A DNA stretch of 64,000 nucleotides from Macrostomum lignano (lineage: Eukaryota): assembly GCA_002269645.1 (NCBI GenBank), contig NIVC01000032.1, positions 434,001-498,000 of the forward strand. The letters run 5' to 3'. The notes below the pieces were generated by a model. The model ran no database searches. It was not told where the DNA came from and was given only the letters and a program-made list of their open reading frames with translations. Shown piece by piece: positions 1 to 20,500 of this stretch (positions are counted from its first letter, which is position 1; each line of letters starts with the position of its first letter). The position numbers were made by a program, and so were the translations under genes.

Positions 1-367
1 AAGCAACTTCCTTTTCCCGACTGGAAGTAACTCTCTTTTCCCGACTGGAAGCAACTCTCTTTTCCCAACTGGAAGAAACCCTCTTTTCCTGACTGGAAGC
101 AACTCTCTTTTCCTGACTGGAAGCAACCCTCTTTTCCCGACTGGAAGCAACTCTCTTTTCCTGACTGGAAGCAACTCCATTTCCCGACCGGAAGCAACTC
201 TCTTTTCCTGACTGGAAGCAACTCTCTTTTCCTGACTGGAAGCAACTCTCTTTTCCAACTGGAAGCAACTCCATTTCCTGACCGGAAGCAACTCTCTTTT
301 CCTGACTGGAAGCAACTCTCTTTTCCTGACTGGAAGCAACTCTCTTTTCCTGACTGGAAGCAACTCT
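1..367. repeat. 24-bp minisatellite (AAGCAACTCTCTTTTCCTGACTGG), about 15 copies, runs off the window edge
   Basis: Period 24 read directly from position 1. Confidence 0.95.
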
Positions 368-1011
368 TAGTAGAAGATATCTCTTATTAACGCGATGTAG
401 ACTTTTAACTGGAAACCCCTTTAGTACGCAGAATAGTACATTTGACTTTTTACGACAAAGTTATGCTTGGAAAATAACTGGTATTTTCAAATAACAAACT
501 TCAATTCTAGTTAGCATATTCAGATTTTGCCTCTAATTGGAGCATTGTAAAAGCAAATCTCAGTTCTGAAATCAATTTTTTTGACGATCGAAGCATCCGT
601 AGACCATCGAGTTTTGCATGCCACTCGGACTGTACTTTTAGCTACATCTAGCCAGCTACTACTTTACAATGCAACGAGGTCCGCATTGAGCAGCCCAGAA
701 GAGAATTGACTTGAATTTACAATCAGACGGAAGTCCACTTCATGTGGAAGCCAGCTTCCTCTGCAAGATTGGAAATCGCTTCGCTTCGAAATTTATGAAT
801 TCGTTTTTGTTTGCTGCGATGAATCAAAAATTGCTGATGTGGGCTGCTGTTTACCGTCCAGAGGCGAGAAAAAGAATCCTTTCAAATGCTGATCCGCTTT
901 TTAATCCGATGGCAGTTGAAAACAGAATCCCAGCCATGTCGATTTTAGCTGACGATTGCGTGACCCCCGATATGATCTAGCTAATTCTGGAGGATCTGAA
1001 ATCTGTCTAAA

Positions 1012-1205
<194 letters not shown>

Positions 1206-1539
1206 AGGTAGAAAAAAGAAATAAGTGATTGGATCAGGAGTTGCTATTCCAGTCCTATATTTAATTCTCCTTGGGTCACCCTTGCGTTCAGCTAGCTATC
1301 CAGCCGTCCCTGCTAGTTTTAGTCTCTGGGGAAAGTTTTTACGACACTTCGTGTTTTATATAATTGACACTGTACACAGCATCTGACATGTGAAGCTCAT
1401 TTTATGGGGATAGGTTTAGCAGTTGTCAGAGCTTCAGTCTCAAAACAGCCGTCATGTACAGGGAACGGTGCTTTGGAAATTTGATTGATCTACCTCGTAA
1501 ATTCGGGGGTCGGAGTGTTTAGATTTGAAAGTACACGCA

Positions 1540-1762
1540 GATTCGGAGTGCTTAGATTGTGGAGTGCTTAGTTTCCTGACTGCTTACGTTCCGGAGTGCT
1601 TAGATTCGGAGTGCTTAGGTTCCGGAGTGCTTAGATTCGGAGTGCTTAGGTTCCGGAGTGCTTAGGTTCCGGAGTGCTTAGGTTCCGGAGTGCTTAGGTT
1701 CCGGAGTGCTTAGGTTCCGGAGTGCTTAGGTTCCGGAGTGCTTAGGTTCCGGAGTGCTTAGA
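1540..1762. repeat. 16-bp minisatellite (TTCCGGAGTGCTTAGG)
   Basis: Tandem copies read directly. Confidence 0.9.
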
Positions 1763-1781
1763 CTAGCAAAGTTCAAAACTA

Positions 1782-1895
<114 letters not shown>

Positions 1896-2512
1896 CTAAG
1901 ATCGAATTTGAAAATCGTTTCTTCTCTGTTGATCCGCTCAGGTACAAGTTTCATAGTCTCCTTATTTAGCAGGGATTAAAATGCGTTAAGTCCCAGCTGA
2001 GGTGGAAGCAGCATCCAATGCTTTACTATTGGCTTACATGTAGATGGGGAGGCCAACTCCCACTGGCTTTGAACTGCAGCCAATGGTTAATCTTTTTTCT
2101 AGAAATATTGAATTTGAAGCATGTCTAACATGTCTAACAGGTAACTATTGCATAATCTAGCATGTTTATCAGGTAAATATATCTCATATTTAAAATGTTT
2201 AACAGCTATATAAATTGTTTCAACTCAACCAACTTAGACTTCGAACATTCCACTGACTGTTTTTTTACTTAACCAAAATAGCGCTTTCCAAGTACAGAAA
2301 AATATTATAAACTTGCGAAACTTGTGTGCTCATATTTTTAGATAGTTTTCCAAACTCAAATCTCTGCTTCTCTGCATTTGCACCTTGTTATCGCACTTGA
2401 GAAGTTTATTAAAGTAGCTAACCACTCGATTTGATACGATTCGACCTCGAAGTCAAGTCGAGCCAGAAACTCGATAAGAAGTTTAGGGAAAAAAGTGAAA
2501 GCAAACTGAACC

Positions 2513-3989
2513 ATGCTTCGGAAAACTTGTCTTGGACTTTGTCTTCTGCTTCTAGCAGCATCGGCAGCATCGACAGCACCTCCGGTAGCTGTCACTCTCT
2601 ACATGGAGACTTTCTGTCCTGGCTGTCAGCAGCTGTTCGCCAAGCAGATCTACCCCACCTGGGCCAAGCTGAACTCTACCGATATATTAGCAGTGGACAT
2701 TGTGCCCTACGGCAATGCTAAAGAGGAACAGCAAGGTAATAAATGGGTTTTCACCTGTCAGCACGGTACTAAAGAGTGCGTTGGCAATCAGATTGAGACT
2801 TGCGCCATCAAGCTGCTGGGCAGCCCGACTGTCTGGCTGCCTTACCTGCACTGCATTGAAGGTCAATTAGCACACGGTAGTCGCGACATCATGCAGGTGG
2901 CCAAGGACTGCGCTGACAATGCTCAGCCGAGGATTAATTTTGACGACATTAGCAGGTGCTCACTGAGTGATCAGGGCAATCAGTGGCAACACGAGATGGC
3001 ACTGAGGACAGAGGCACTTAACCCGCCGCATAAATACGTGCCCTGGGTCACCGTTAATGGGGTGAGCTTATTCCTGCCTAACATTTTTGTTTATGAGAAC
3101 AGCCTGTGTCTATCAGGTGTTTAGCTTGTGCTTAACAGGTGTGTAGCTTGTGTCTAACAGGTGTGTAGCTTGTGTCTAACAGGTGTGTAGCTTGTGTCTA
3201 ACAGGTGTGTTTAGCTTGTGTCTAACAGGTGTGTAGCTTGTGTCTAACAGGAGTGTGTAGCTTGTGTCTAACAGGTATGTTTAGCTTGTGTCTAACAGGT
3301 GTGTAGCTTGTGTCTAACAGGTGTGTAGCTTGTGTCTAACAGGTGTGTAGCTTGTGTCTATCAGGTGTGTAGCTTGTGTCTAACAGGTGTGTAGCAATTG
3401 TGTCTAACAGGTGTGTAGCAATTGTGTCTAACAGGTGTGTAGCTTGTGTCTAACAGGTGTGTAGCTTGTGTCTAACAGGTGTGTAGCTTGTGTCTAACAG
3501 GTGTGTAACTTGTGTCTTACAGGTGTTTAAAAGGTGTCTAAAAGGTGTGTAGCTTGTGTCTTACAGGTGTGTAACTTGTGTCTTACAGGTGTTTAAAAGG
3601 TGTCTAAAAGGTGTGTAGCTTGTGTCTAACAGGTGTGTAACTTGTGTCTTACAGGTGTTTAAAAGGTGTCTAAAAGGTGTGTAGCTTGTGTCTTACAGGT
3701 GTGTAGCTTGTGTCTAACAGGTGTTTAGCTTGTGTCTAACAGGTGCACAGTGTACTTTAGTTTTCGTGTACTTTTCTGACTATCCAACAGATATAGCTAT
3801 CATCTAACGTATTGAACTCTCCTCTCTTTAAAAATTTGACAGGTGCACACCGTCAATATTCAATACGAGGTTGAGAACGATCTGCTCAATTTGGTTTGCA
3901 AGACCTATTCTGGTCCAAAACCAAAGGAATGCACCGCCTTTGATGTCGCCGCTAGCAGTCGATGCCCGAGAAATAAAACTGATAACTAA
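2513..3989 (+). CDS. IFI30: Gamma-interferon-inducible lysosomal thiol reductase (GILT), 2 exons: 2513-3061 and 3843-3989, 231 aa
   Basis: Signal peptide, active-site CPGC, GILT signature CQHGxxECxxNxxxxC (CQHGTKECVGNQIETC), YVPWVTVNG. Phase-0 intron GTGAGC...TTGACAG joins to VHTVNIQYEVENDLLNLVCKTYSGPKPKEC, the typical GILT C-terminus. Confidence 0.93.
3118..3745. repeat. 22-bp minisatellite (GTGTGTAGCTTGTGTCTAACAG), about 28 copies, in the GILT intron
   Basis: Tandem copies read directly. Confidence 0.95.
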
Positions 3990-4375
3990 TTGTGGGCACC
4001 ATTGGTGAATTAATTTTAATTGCTACTCCAATCTGGATTTCTGTGACTGCACGAAACAAACTTACCAATTAAGAAATTAATCATTACATACATTGCATAT
4101 CTCTTGATTAAAAGCCTACTGAATTGTCTTTGGTGTACTCATTTAAACAAATTAATAAACTTGGTATGAAATCACGAAAATTAATGAAAAATTAATAATA
4201 AATTCATGTTAAGCATGCCTTGTCACAAGTATTGATATTTATTTACAAATTTTCTTCGATAATCGAAAATTATATTTTACAAATTGATCAGTGCTACTTA
4301 GAGTAGTGGGATGTGTTTATAAAAGGAGTAGTATATTACAATATTGAAAATATTTTGACTATTTATTGAAGAAAG

Positions 4376-5233
4376 TCACAGGATAAATCTTTGAATCTGA
4401 TGTCTGCCCCACTTGCAGTTCGTTCCGTAGAATCCTGGCTTGCACAGGCAGCTGCAGTGAATATGGACGGAGTGGGAGAGATTCGGTGAAAAGCAGGTAG
4501 TTAGAATAGAGTGGAGTAGAATGAGTGTAGAGTGAGGAGTAGGGTGAGAGTAGAGTGAGGAGTAGGGTGAGTGTAGAGTGAGGAGTATGGTGAGAGTAGA
4601 GTGAGTATGTTGAGAGTAGAGTGAGTATGTTGAGAGTAGAGAGAGGAGTAGGTTGAGAGTAGAGAGAGGAGTAGGTTGAGAGTAGAGTAGAGAGAGGAGT
4701 AGGTTGAGAGTAGAGAGAGAGTAGTAGGTTGAGAGTAGAGTAGAGAGAGGAGTAGGTTGAGAGTAGAGAGAGTAGTAGGTTGAGAGTAGAGTGAGTAGTA
4801 GGTTGAGAGTAGAGTGAGGAATAGGGAGACAGTAGAGTGAGGAGTAGATTGAGTGTAGAGTGATCATGAGTATGGTAAGAGTAGAGCGAGCAGTAGGGTT
4901 AATGCAGAGTGATTTATATATATTAACGATCTATAATTCCACAATTCCATAATTTCCAAGCAGAGTGTCCGCAATGACTCACAGGTAATTGGAACAAGCC
5001 GCTAACTGAACGCACAAGTTTGTTCCGTGTCTGAAGCACCGGGAGCACACCGTAATATCGTCCATCGTTAAAATTTGAGTAGAAATCTGATCTTGATAAT
5101 CAATATGAGCATCGGAATTCCGCTGTAGACTTATTATATAAATTCTTAATATTAATAATATTAATAATACTAATGCTAGAAAAGTTAGCAGAATAAAGTA
5201 ACAATGTCTGCCATTGCGCAAATTTATGGGCAT
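4376..5233 (-). CDS. Putative small EGF-like-domain protein with N-terminal hydrophobic anchor, 2 exons: 5233-4983 and 4451-4376, 108 aa
   Basis: Donor TACCT|GTGAGT and acceptor ACTGCAG|C join in frame to give VCSRCFRHGTNLCVQLAACSNYLCLCKPGFYGTNCKWG (EGF-type CxCxxGFxGxxC ending). The 5' part of exon 1 is uncertain. Confidence 0.6.
4500..4900. repeat. AG-rich degenerate minisatellite (GTAGAGTGAGGAGTAGGTTGAGA-like) in the EGF-gene intron
   Basis: Degenerate tandem copies. Confidence 0.85.
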
Positions 5234-5689
5234 AGTTTTGGCAATACTGTGCGAGCAGCAGATCGCTGCAGCTGACACTAATTAAAGACTTCTTCTTCAG
5301 TCCCGTGCTTCGCAGTTTCTGCTATTATTGCAATATTTCATTGTGCTTCGCTTTCGCGGCTGGGGTGGGTGGGGTGCAGGCTACAATTTGCAGAACGTTG
5401 TTGAGATAAAAAAGTTAACTGTAGCAATTTCTTCGGGCCCGAGCGAAGGCGCATTCAAGTGTACAATTTTCTGAGAAATGTGCACAGAAACTTGAGATTA
5501 AGTGCGCAGTGCCTTATAGTATTTGACTTAATATTGCGCGCTTGAGAGAATGGAAAAGAGATGTGGGCTTGAAATGTTAAGTGTATAGTGACACTGCTTG
5601 GTAACAAGAGAAACACATATAGTTAATTGATAAAGTGACTTTATAGGTGAGTTCTTGAATGAGTTTATGAGTTTAGAAGTTTATGAGTT

Positions 5690-5840
5690 TATGAGTTCAT
5701 GATTTCATGAGTTTATGAGTTCATTAGTGTATAGTTATGAGTTCATGAGTTTACGCATGAGTTTATGAGTTTATGAGCTTATAAGTTTAGGAGTTCATGA
5801 CTTCATGGGTTTATTAGTTTATGAGTCAGCTTATGAGGTC
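5690..5840. repeat. Degenerate (TTATGAG)n 7-bp repeat
   Basis: Read directly. Confidence 0.8.
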
Positions 5841-6355
5841 ATGAGACAATCAAATAAATGATTTCGTAAGAGATCTCAAGGAAGCTGATGACAGTCACTC
5901 ACAAAGTTAAATAAATTTTAACTGAAATTCAAAATGGGGATAAGAGACACTAATATACCGAGTATCATGCAGGTTATAACAAAAAAGCTTGGAAAATGTT
6001 ATAATCATAATTTAATGATTCTTTATTATTACATTTACTTCAACAAAGAAATTATTCATTAAAAGCTTATTGAATTATAAAACATACAATGCATACTAAA
6101 CTATTCAATAATTTGTACATCAATTTCGATTTATTTTTTTACTTGATAGTGCAAACAAATTTATTATAGCAGCACTCTTCATTTTTAACAGACGCTCCTG
6201 GATTTTCTACTCATAGTAGTATGCACTTTATTTCGAGCGTGTAGCTTAAAAATATGGTTAAAAAACCAATTGAGACAATCTTGCGACAGAATTGACAATT
6301 AATAATTTCAGTTAGGTTAGAATTTTACTTTCAATTTCAGTCGAACTCCGCCAGC

Positions 6356-13475
<7,120 letters not shown>

Positions 13476-14029
13476 GACCGCTGTGTTTGGTTGCTAAGAG
13501 ATGTCTCTGCAATCGAGCTTCTGTTTAGCTAATATTGAAGAGTTGCCAGTGAACAATTTATAATGGAATGACACGAATTCTCATTTTCTAAAAGATAAGA
13601 AACTGCCCAGTTACCTTTTTCACATTATCAAAGTTGCTTTCTTATCGTCCAGAAACATTTTGCTGGCGAATTTATTCTAACGTCAAGACAAAACCAGAGA
13701 GACAGTCGAAGCAGCTCGATGTTCTTTTATCACGAATTTTGCTTCTCTCGCTATTCAAATATCAGTTAAGAAACGGTGGCGCCTGCAGTAGTGAGGGCTG
13801 CTCAATCAGTGATTTAGCAATGGTTCATGCATGCGCTGGCTTCACTGCACTTAACTTGGGTCCGTCAGTTGCCCTGTGACCACTCGTGTCTGACTGTACA
13901 CCGGCCATAGTGACCTCGAACTAGTCGACCCTGCTCACCTGAGTTTTCTCATTAAAGTTAGTTTTCTTTTCATGAGGTCGTAAGGTAACAAAAGGGAGGT
14001 CACTGAGAGGGAGGCTCAAGAGCTGTCAG

Positions 14030-14199
14030 AGCAGCTTAAAGCGGTAAATACATTTACGTCTGAATCTCGCGCCATAACCACTGGTTCGAGTCCTTGAGGT
14101 CCAACCCCCCAAGGCACAGAGGGTGTACATGCCTCGATAATTAAAGTCTGTGCAGCTATTGTCAGTACAGTATCGGCGTGCTTGTTTGTGCTCAGTGGA

Positions 14200-14200
<1 letters not shown>
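14030..14200 (+). mobile_element. Probable tRNA-derived SINE, copy 1
   Basis: B box GGTTCGAGTCC at 14083-14093 with an A-box-like sequence upstream. Body blocks CCCCAAGGCACA and GTACAGTATCGGCGTGCTTGTTTGTGCTCAG are shared with copies at 27939 and 49255. Followed by a CAGA tail. Confidence 0.5.
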
Positions 14201-14236
<36 letters not shown>

Positions 14237-14243
14237 GGCAGGC

Positions 14244-14284
<41 letters not shown>

Positions 14285-14335
14285 GGCAATCAGACAGGCA
14301 GGCAGACAGACGAACAGGCAGGCAGGCAGGCAGAC
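14200..14335. repeat. (CAGA/CAGG)n microsatellite
   Basis: Read directly. Confidence 0.95.
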
Positions 14336-14879
14336 AATGATACTCCGACATCACATTAATCCTGGCTACGCCCCTGAAGCCCTTCAACAAAGAAGAGCAA
14401 TCCTTCCTCATCAGTGAAAGCTGGCAACAATCAAAAAGAGTCGAACAACTGACAGGAATCACTGCTCGTTAGCTGAATCGTTCCGAATGACTGCTCAGGC
14501 TTATTAGGCAATGAAGGCTCTCTTCCTAGGCTTTTCAAATTCCTTCATCTGCCGTGTTGCTATAATAGGGACCGACAAAAATCTCAATTCTGCTCGGCCT
14601 GCTTAAGCCAGAATGGCCATGCTAGAAATTCCCAAGCGCATGCACGCACTCGACCCCTCGTTAGCTCTGCTTCCTGCCTGTCTGTGTCTTCTCTCCTCTT
14701 CTTTCTCTCTCAGTCTCTCTGGCTGGCTACCTCTGCTTTTAATTAGACTATGCGAGGGATTTCGCCCATCGACTCTAGCTTATCCTTCTGAGTCCACCTG
14801 TGTCCTTAAACTCTCCGTCAGATTTTTTTTCTTGAACCTTCATTAATTATTAATTAGTTTTAGTTTTCAAGAAATAGGA

Positions 14880-17155
14880 GTGGAATCGGGGTGTCAGGAG
14901 GATTAGAATCGGGGTGTCAGGAGGATTAGAATCGGGGTGTCAGGAGGATTAGAATCAGGGTGTCTATAAGATTCGAACCCGTTGTCAGGAGGATTAGAAT
15001 CAGGGTGTCTATAAGATTCGAACCCGTTGTCAGGAGGATTAGAACCCGTTGTCAGGAGGATTAGAACCCGTTGTCAGGAGGATTAGAACTTGTTGTCACG
15101 AGGATTAGAACCCGTTGTCAGGAGGATTAGAACCCGTTGTCAGGAGGATTAGAACCCGTTGTCAGGAGGATTAGAACCCGTTGTCAGGAGGATTAGAACT
15201 TGTTGTCACGAGGATTAGAACCCGTTGTCAGGAGGATTAGAACTTGTTGTCACGAGGATTAGAACCCGTTGTCAGGAGGATTAGAACCCGTTGTCAGGAG
15301 GATTAGAACCCGTTGTCAGGAGGATTAGAACCCGTTGTCAGGAGGATTAGAACCCGTTGTCAGGAGGATTAGAACTTGTTGTCAGGAGGATTAGAACCCG
15401 TTGTCAGGAGGATTAGAACTTGTTGTCAGGAGGATTAGAACCCGTTGTCAGGAGGATTAGAACTTGTTGTCACGAGGATTAGAACCCGTTGTCAGGAGGA
15501 TTAGAACTTGTTGTCAGGAGGATTAGAACCCGTTGTCAGGAGGATTAGAACTTGTTGTCACGAGGATTAGAACCCGTTGTCAGGAGGATTAGAACTTGTT
15601 GTCACGAGGATTAGAACCCGTTGTCAGGAGGATTAGAACTTGTTGTCAGGAGGATTAGAACCCGTTGTCAAGAGGATTAGAATCGGAGTGTCAGGAGGAT
15701 TAGAATCGGGGTGTCAGGAGGATTATAATCGGGGTGTCAGGAGGATTAGAACCCGTTGTCAGGAGGATTAGAATCGGGGTGTCAGCAGGATTAGAATCGG
15801 AGTGTCAGGAGGATTAGAATCAGAGTGTCAGGAGGATTAGAATCAGAGTGTCAGGAGGATTAGAATCGGGGTGTCAGGAGGATTAGAATCGGAGTGTCAG
15901 GAGGATTAGAACCCGTTGTCAGGAGGATTAGAATCGGGGTGTCAGGAGGATTAGAATCGGGGTGTCAGGAGGATTAGAATCGGAGTGTCAGGAGGATTAG
16001 AATCGGGGTGTCAGGAGGATTAGAATCGGAGTGTCAGGAGGATTAGAATCGGAGTGTCAGGAGGATTAGAATGGGAGTGTCAGGAGGATTAGAATGATGG
16101 TTTCAGGAGGGTTAGAATCGGAGTGTCAGGAGGATAAGAATCGGGGTGTCAGGAGGATTAGAATGGGAGTGTCAGGAGGATTAGAATCGGGGTGTCAGGA
16201 GGATTAGAATCATCGGGGTGTCAGCAGGATTAGAATCGGGGTGTCAGGAGGATTAGAATCATGGTTTCAGGAGGATTAGAATCGGAGTGTCAGCAGGATT
16301 AGAATCGGAGTGTCAGGAGGATTAGAATCGGAGCGTCAGGAGGATTAGAATCGGAGTGTCAGAAGGATTAGAATCGGGGTGTCAGCAGGATTAGAATCGG
16401 GGTGTCAGGAGGATTAGAATCGGAGTGTCAGGAGGATTAGAATCGGGGTGTCAGGAGGATTAGAATGGGAGTGTCAGGAGGATTAGAATGATGGTTTCAG
16501 GAGGATTAGAATCGGAGTGTCAGGAGGATTAGAATCGGAGTGTCAGGAGGATTAGAATCGGAGTGTCAGAAGGATTAGAATCGGGGTGTCAGCAGGATTA
16601 GAATCGGGGTGTCAGGAGGATTAGAATGGGAGTGTCAGGAGGATTAGAATCGGGGTGTCAGGAGGATTAGAATGGGAGTGTCAGGAAGATTAGAATCGGG
16701 GTGTCATGAGGATTAGAATGATGGTTTCAGGAGGATTAGAATCGGGGTGTCAGCAGGATTAGAATCGGGGTGTCAGGAGGATTAGAATCGGAGTGTCAGC
16801 AGGATTAGAATCGGAGTGTCAGGAGGATTAGAATCGGAGTGTCAGGAGGATTAGAATCGGGGTGTCAGGAGGATTAGAATCGGAGTGTCAGGAGGATTAG
16901 AATCGGAGTGTCAGGAGGATTAGAATCGGAGTGTCAGGAGGATTAGAATCGGAGTGTCAGGAGGATTAGAACCCGTTGTCAGGAGGATTAGAATCGGGGT
17001 GTCAGGAGGATTAGAATCGGAGTGTCAAGAGGATTAGAATCGGAGTGTCAGGAGGATTAGAATCGGGGTGTCAGGAGGATTATAATCGGGGTGTCAGGAG
17101 GATTAGAACCCGTTGTCAGGAGGATTAGAATCGGGGTGTCAGGAGGATTAGAATC
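14880..17155. repeat. 22/23-bp minisatellite (GTCAGGAGGATTAGAACCCGTT / GTCAGGAGGATTAGAATCGGGGT), about 100 copies
   Basis: Read directly; two variant domains. Confidence 0.97.
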
Positions 17156-17597
17156 GTGTATCAGTGGGTTAAAAAATCTAAGCTGTCATTCACGCAAACA
17201 CATTCCTTCTTACAATCAAGAAAAATGCTTCGTACGCACCATGGAACAGTGACCTTGGAATCGGATCTACTCTTTTCCCTTGACTCACCTTGAGCTCATT
17301 CTCCCCTTTCTCCCCTGCCGTGTCACATTCCAATTCGAGCAGGAAGTTCTGCACCAATCGTCTCCGTTTTGCAGATTTGGGACAGAGGATTTTAATCGCT
17401 GGAGAGGTAGTAAAGAAGGGTTTGAGAGCAAACAGGGAAAAGGCTCAGAGCTACTCAGCTGTAGTACTCATTTGTCGTTACTAAGGAAAATATTCACCAT
17501 ATTTTTCTCGTTAGAGGACACAAACTCCGAGAGCGCTGCATTTCACACCTTAGTGAGTAGTAGCTATTGTATATTTCATTCACTTTTTAATAAGATA

Positions 17598-20500
17598 AGT
17601 GACCAGTTAGACAGGTGAGTGACCAGTTAGACAGGTGAGTGACCAGTTAGACATTTGAGTGACCAGTCAGACAGGTGAGTGACCAGTTAGACATTTGAGT
17701 GACCAGTTAGACAGGTGAGTGACCAGTCAGACAGGTGAGTGACCAGTTAGACATTTGAGTGACCAGTTAGACAGGTGAGTGACCAGTTAGACAGGTGAGT
17801 GACCAGTCAGACAGGTGAGTGACCAGTTAGACATTTGAGTGACCAGTTAAACAGGTGAGTGACCAGTCAGACAGGTGAGTGACCAGTTAGACAGGTGAGT
17901 GACCAGTTAGACAGGTGAGTGACCAGTTAGACAGGTGAGTGACCAGTCAGACAGGTGAGTGACCAGTTAGACAGGTGAGTGACCAGTTAGACAGGTGAGT
18001 GACCAGTTAGACAGGTGAGTGACCAGTTAGACAGGTGAGTGACGAGTTAGACAGGTGAGTGACGAGTTAGACAGGTGAGTGACCAGTTAGACAGGTGAGT
18101 GACCAGTTAGACAGGTGAGTGACCAGTTAGACAGGTTAGTGACCAGTTAGACAGGTGAGTGACCAGTTAGACATTTGAGTGACCAGTTAGACAGGTTAGT
18201 GACCAGTTAGACAGGTGAGTGACGAGTTAGACATTTGAGTGACCAGTTAGACAGGTTAGTGACCAGTTAGACAGGTGAGTGACGAGTTAGACAGGTGAGT
18301 GACCAGTTAGACAGGTGAGTGACCAGTTAGACAGGTGAGTGACCAGTTAGACAGGTGAGTGACGAGTTAGACAGGTGAGTGACCAGTTAGACAGGTGAGT
18401 GACCAGTTAGACAGGTGAGTGACGAGTTAGACAGGTGAGTGACGAGTTAGACAGGTGAGTGACGAGTTAGACAGGTGAGTGACCAGTTAGACAGGTTAGT
18501 GACCAGTTAGACAGGTGAGTGACCAGTTAGACAGGTGAGTGACCAGTTAGACAGGTGAGTGACCAGTTAGACAGTTGAGTGACCAGTTAGACAGGTGAGT
18601 GACCAGTTAGACAGGTGAGTGACGAGTTAGACAGGTGAGTGACCAGTTAGACAGGTGAGTGACCAGTTAGACAGGTGAGTGACCAGTTAGACAGGTGAGT
18701 GACCAGTCAGACAGGTGAGTGACCAGTTAGACAGGTGAGTGACGAGTTAGACAGGTGAGTGACGAGTTAGACAGGTGAGTGACGAGTTAGACAGGTGAGT
18801 GACCAGTTAGACAGGTTAGTGACCAGTTAGACAGGTGAGTGACCAGTTAGACAGGTGAGTGACCAGTTAGACAGGTGAGTGACGAGTTAGACAGGTGAGT
18901 GACCAGTTAGACAGGTGAGTGACCAGTTAGACAGGTGAGTGACCAGTCAGACAGGTGAGTGACCAGTTAGACAGGTGAGTGACCAGTTAGACAGGTGAGT
19001 GACCAGTTAGACAGGTGAGTGACCAGTTAGACAGGTGAGTGACCAGTTAGACAGGTGAGTGACGAGTTAGACAGGTGAGTGATCAGTTAGACAGGTGAGT
19101 GATCAGTTAGACAGGTGAGTGACCAGTTAGACAGGTGAGTGACCAGTTAGACAGGTGAGTGACCAGTTAGACAGTTGAGTGACCAGTTAGACAGGTGAGT
19201 GACCAGTTAGACAGGTGAGTGACGAGTTAGACAGGTGAGTGACCAGTTAGACAGGTGAGTGACCAGTTAGACAGGTTAGTGACCAGTTAGACAGGTGAGT
19301 GACCAGTTAGACAGGTTAGTGACCAGTTAGACAGGTGAGTGACCAGTTAGACATTTGAGTGACCAGTTAGACAGGTTAGTGACCAGTTAGACAGGTGAGT
19401 GACGAGTTAGACAGGTGAGTGACCAGTTAGACAGGTGAGTGACCAGTTAGACAGGTGAGTGACCAGTTAGACAGGTGAGTGACGAGTTAGACAGGTGAGT
19501 GACCAGTTAGACAGGTGAGTGACCAGTTAGACAGGTGAGTGACGAGTTAGACAGGTGAGTGACGAGTTAGACAGGTGAGTGACGAGTTAGACAGGTGAGT
19601 GACCAGTTAGACAGGTTAGTGACCAGTTAGACAGGTGAGTGACCAGTTAGACAGGTGAGTGACCAGTTAGACAGGTGAGTGACCAGTTAGACAGGTGAGT
19701 GACCAGTTAGACAGGTGAGTGACCAGTTAGACAGGTGAGTGACGAGTTAGACAGGTGAGTGACGAGTTAGACAGGTGAGTGACCAGTTAGACAGGTTAGT
19801 GACCAGTTAGACAGGTGAGTGACCAGTTAGACAGGTGAGTGACCAGTTAGACAGGTGAGTGACGAGTTAGACAGGTGAGTGACCAGTTAGACAGGTGAGT
19901 GACCAGTTAGACAGGTGAGTGACCAGTCAGACAGGTGAGTGACCAGTTAGACAGGTGAGTGACCAGTTAGACAGGTGAGTGACCAGTTAGACAGGTGAGT
20001 GACGAGTTAGACAGGTGAGTGACCAGTTAGACAGGTGAGTGACCAGTTAGACAGGTGAGTGACCAGTCAGACAGGTGAGTGACCAGTTAGACAGGTGAGT
20101 GACCAGTTAGACAGGTGAGTGACCAGTTAGACAGGTGAGTGACCAGTTAGACAGGTGAGTGACCAGTTAGACAGGTGAGTGACGAGTTAGACAGGTGAGT
20201 GATCAGTTAGACAGGTGAGTGATCAGTTATAAAGGTGAGTGACCAGTTAGACAGGTGAGTGACCAGTTAGACAGGTGAGTGACCAGTTAGACAGGTGAGT
20301 GACGAGTTAGACAGGTGAGTGATCAGTTAGACAGGTGAGTGACCAGTTAGACAGGTGAGTGACCAGTTAGACAGGTGAGTGACCAGTTAGACAGTTGAGT
20401 GACCAGTTAGACAGGTGAGTGACCAGTTAGACAGGTGAGTGACCAGTTAGACAGGTGAGTGACCAGTTAGACAGGTGAGTGACCAGTTAGACAGGTGAGT

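Noticed and set aside
711-980. 89-aa ORF
   Set aside because: Non-ATG start, no motif, no supporting exon structure
14030-14100. Functional tRNA gene
   Set aside because: B box is present but I could not fold a cloverleaf; it continues into a body shared with dispersed copies, so it is treated as a SINE head
17290-17500. Possible minus-strand exon (IKILCPKSAKRRRLVQNFLLELECD) with plausible splice sites
   Set aside because: No recognisable domain and no convincing partner exons; may be a 5' UTR exon of the ZIP gene
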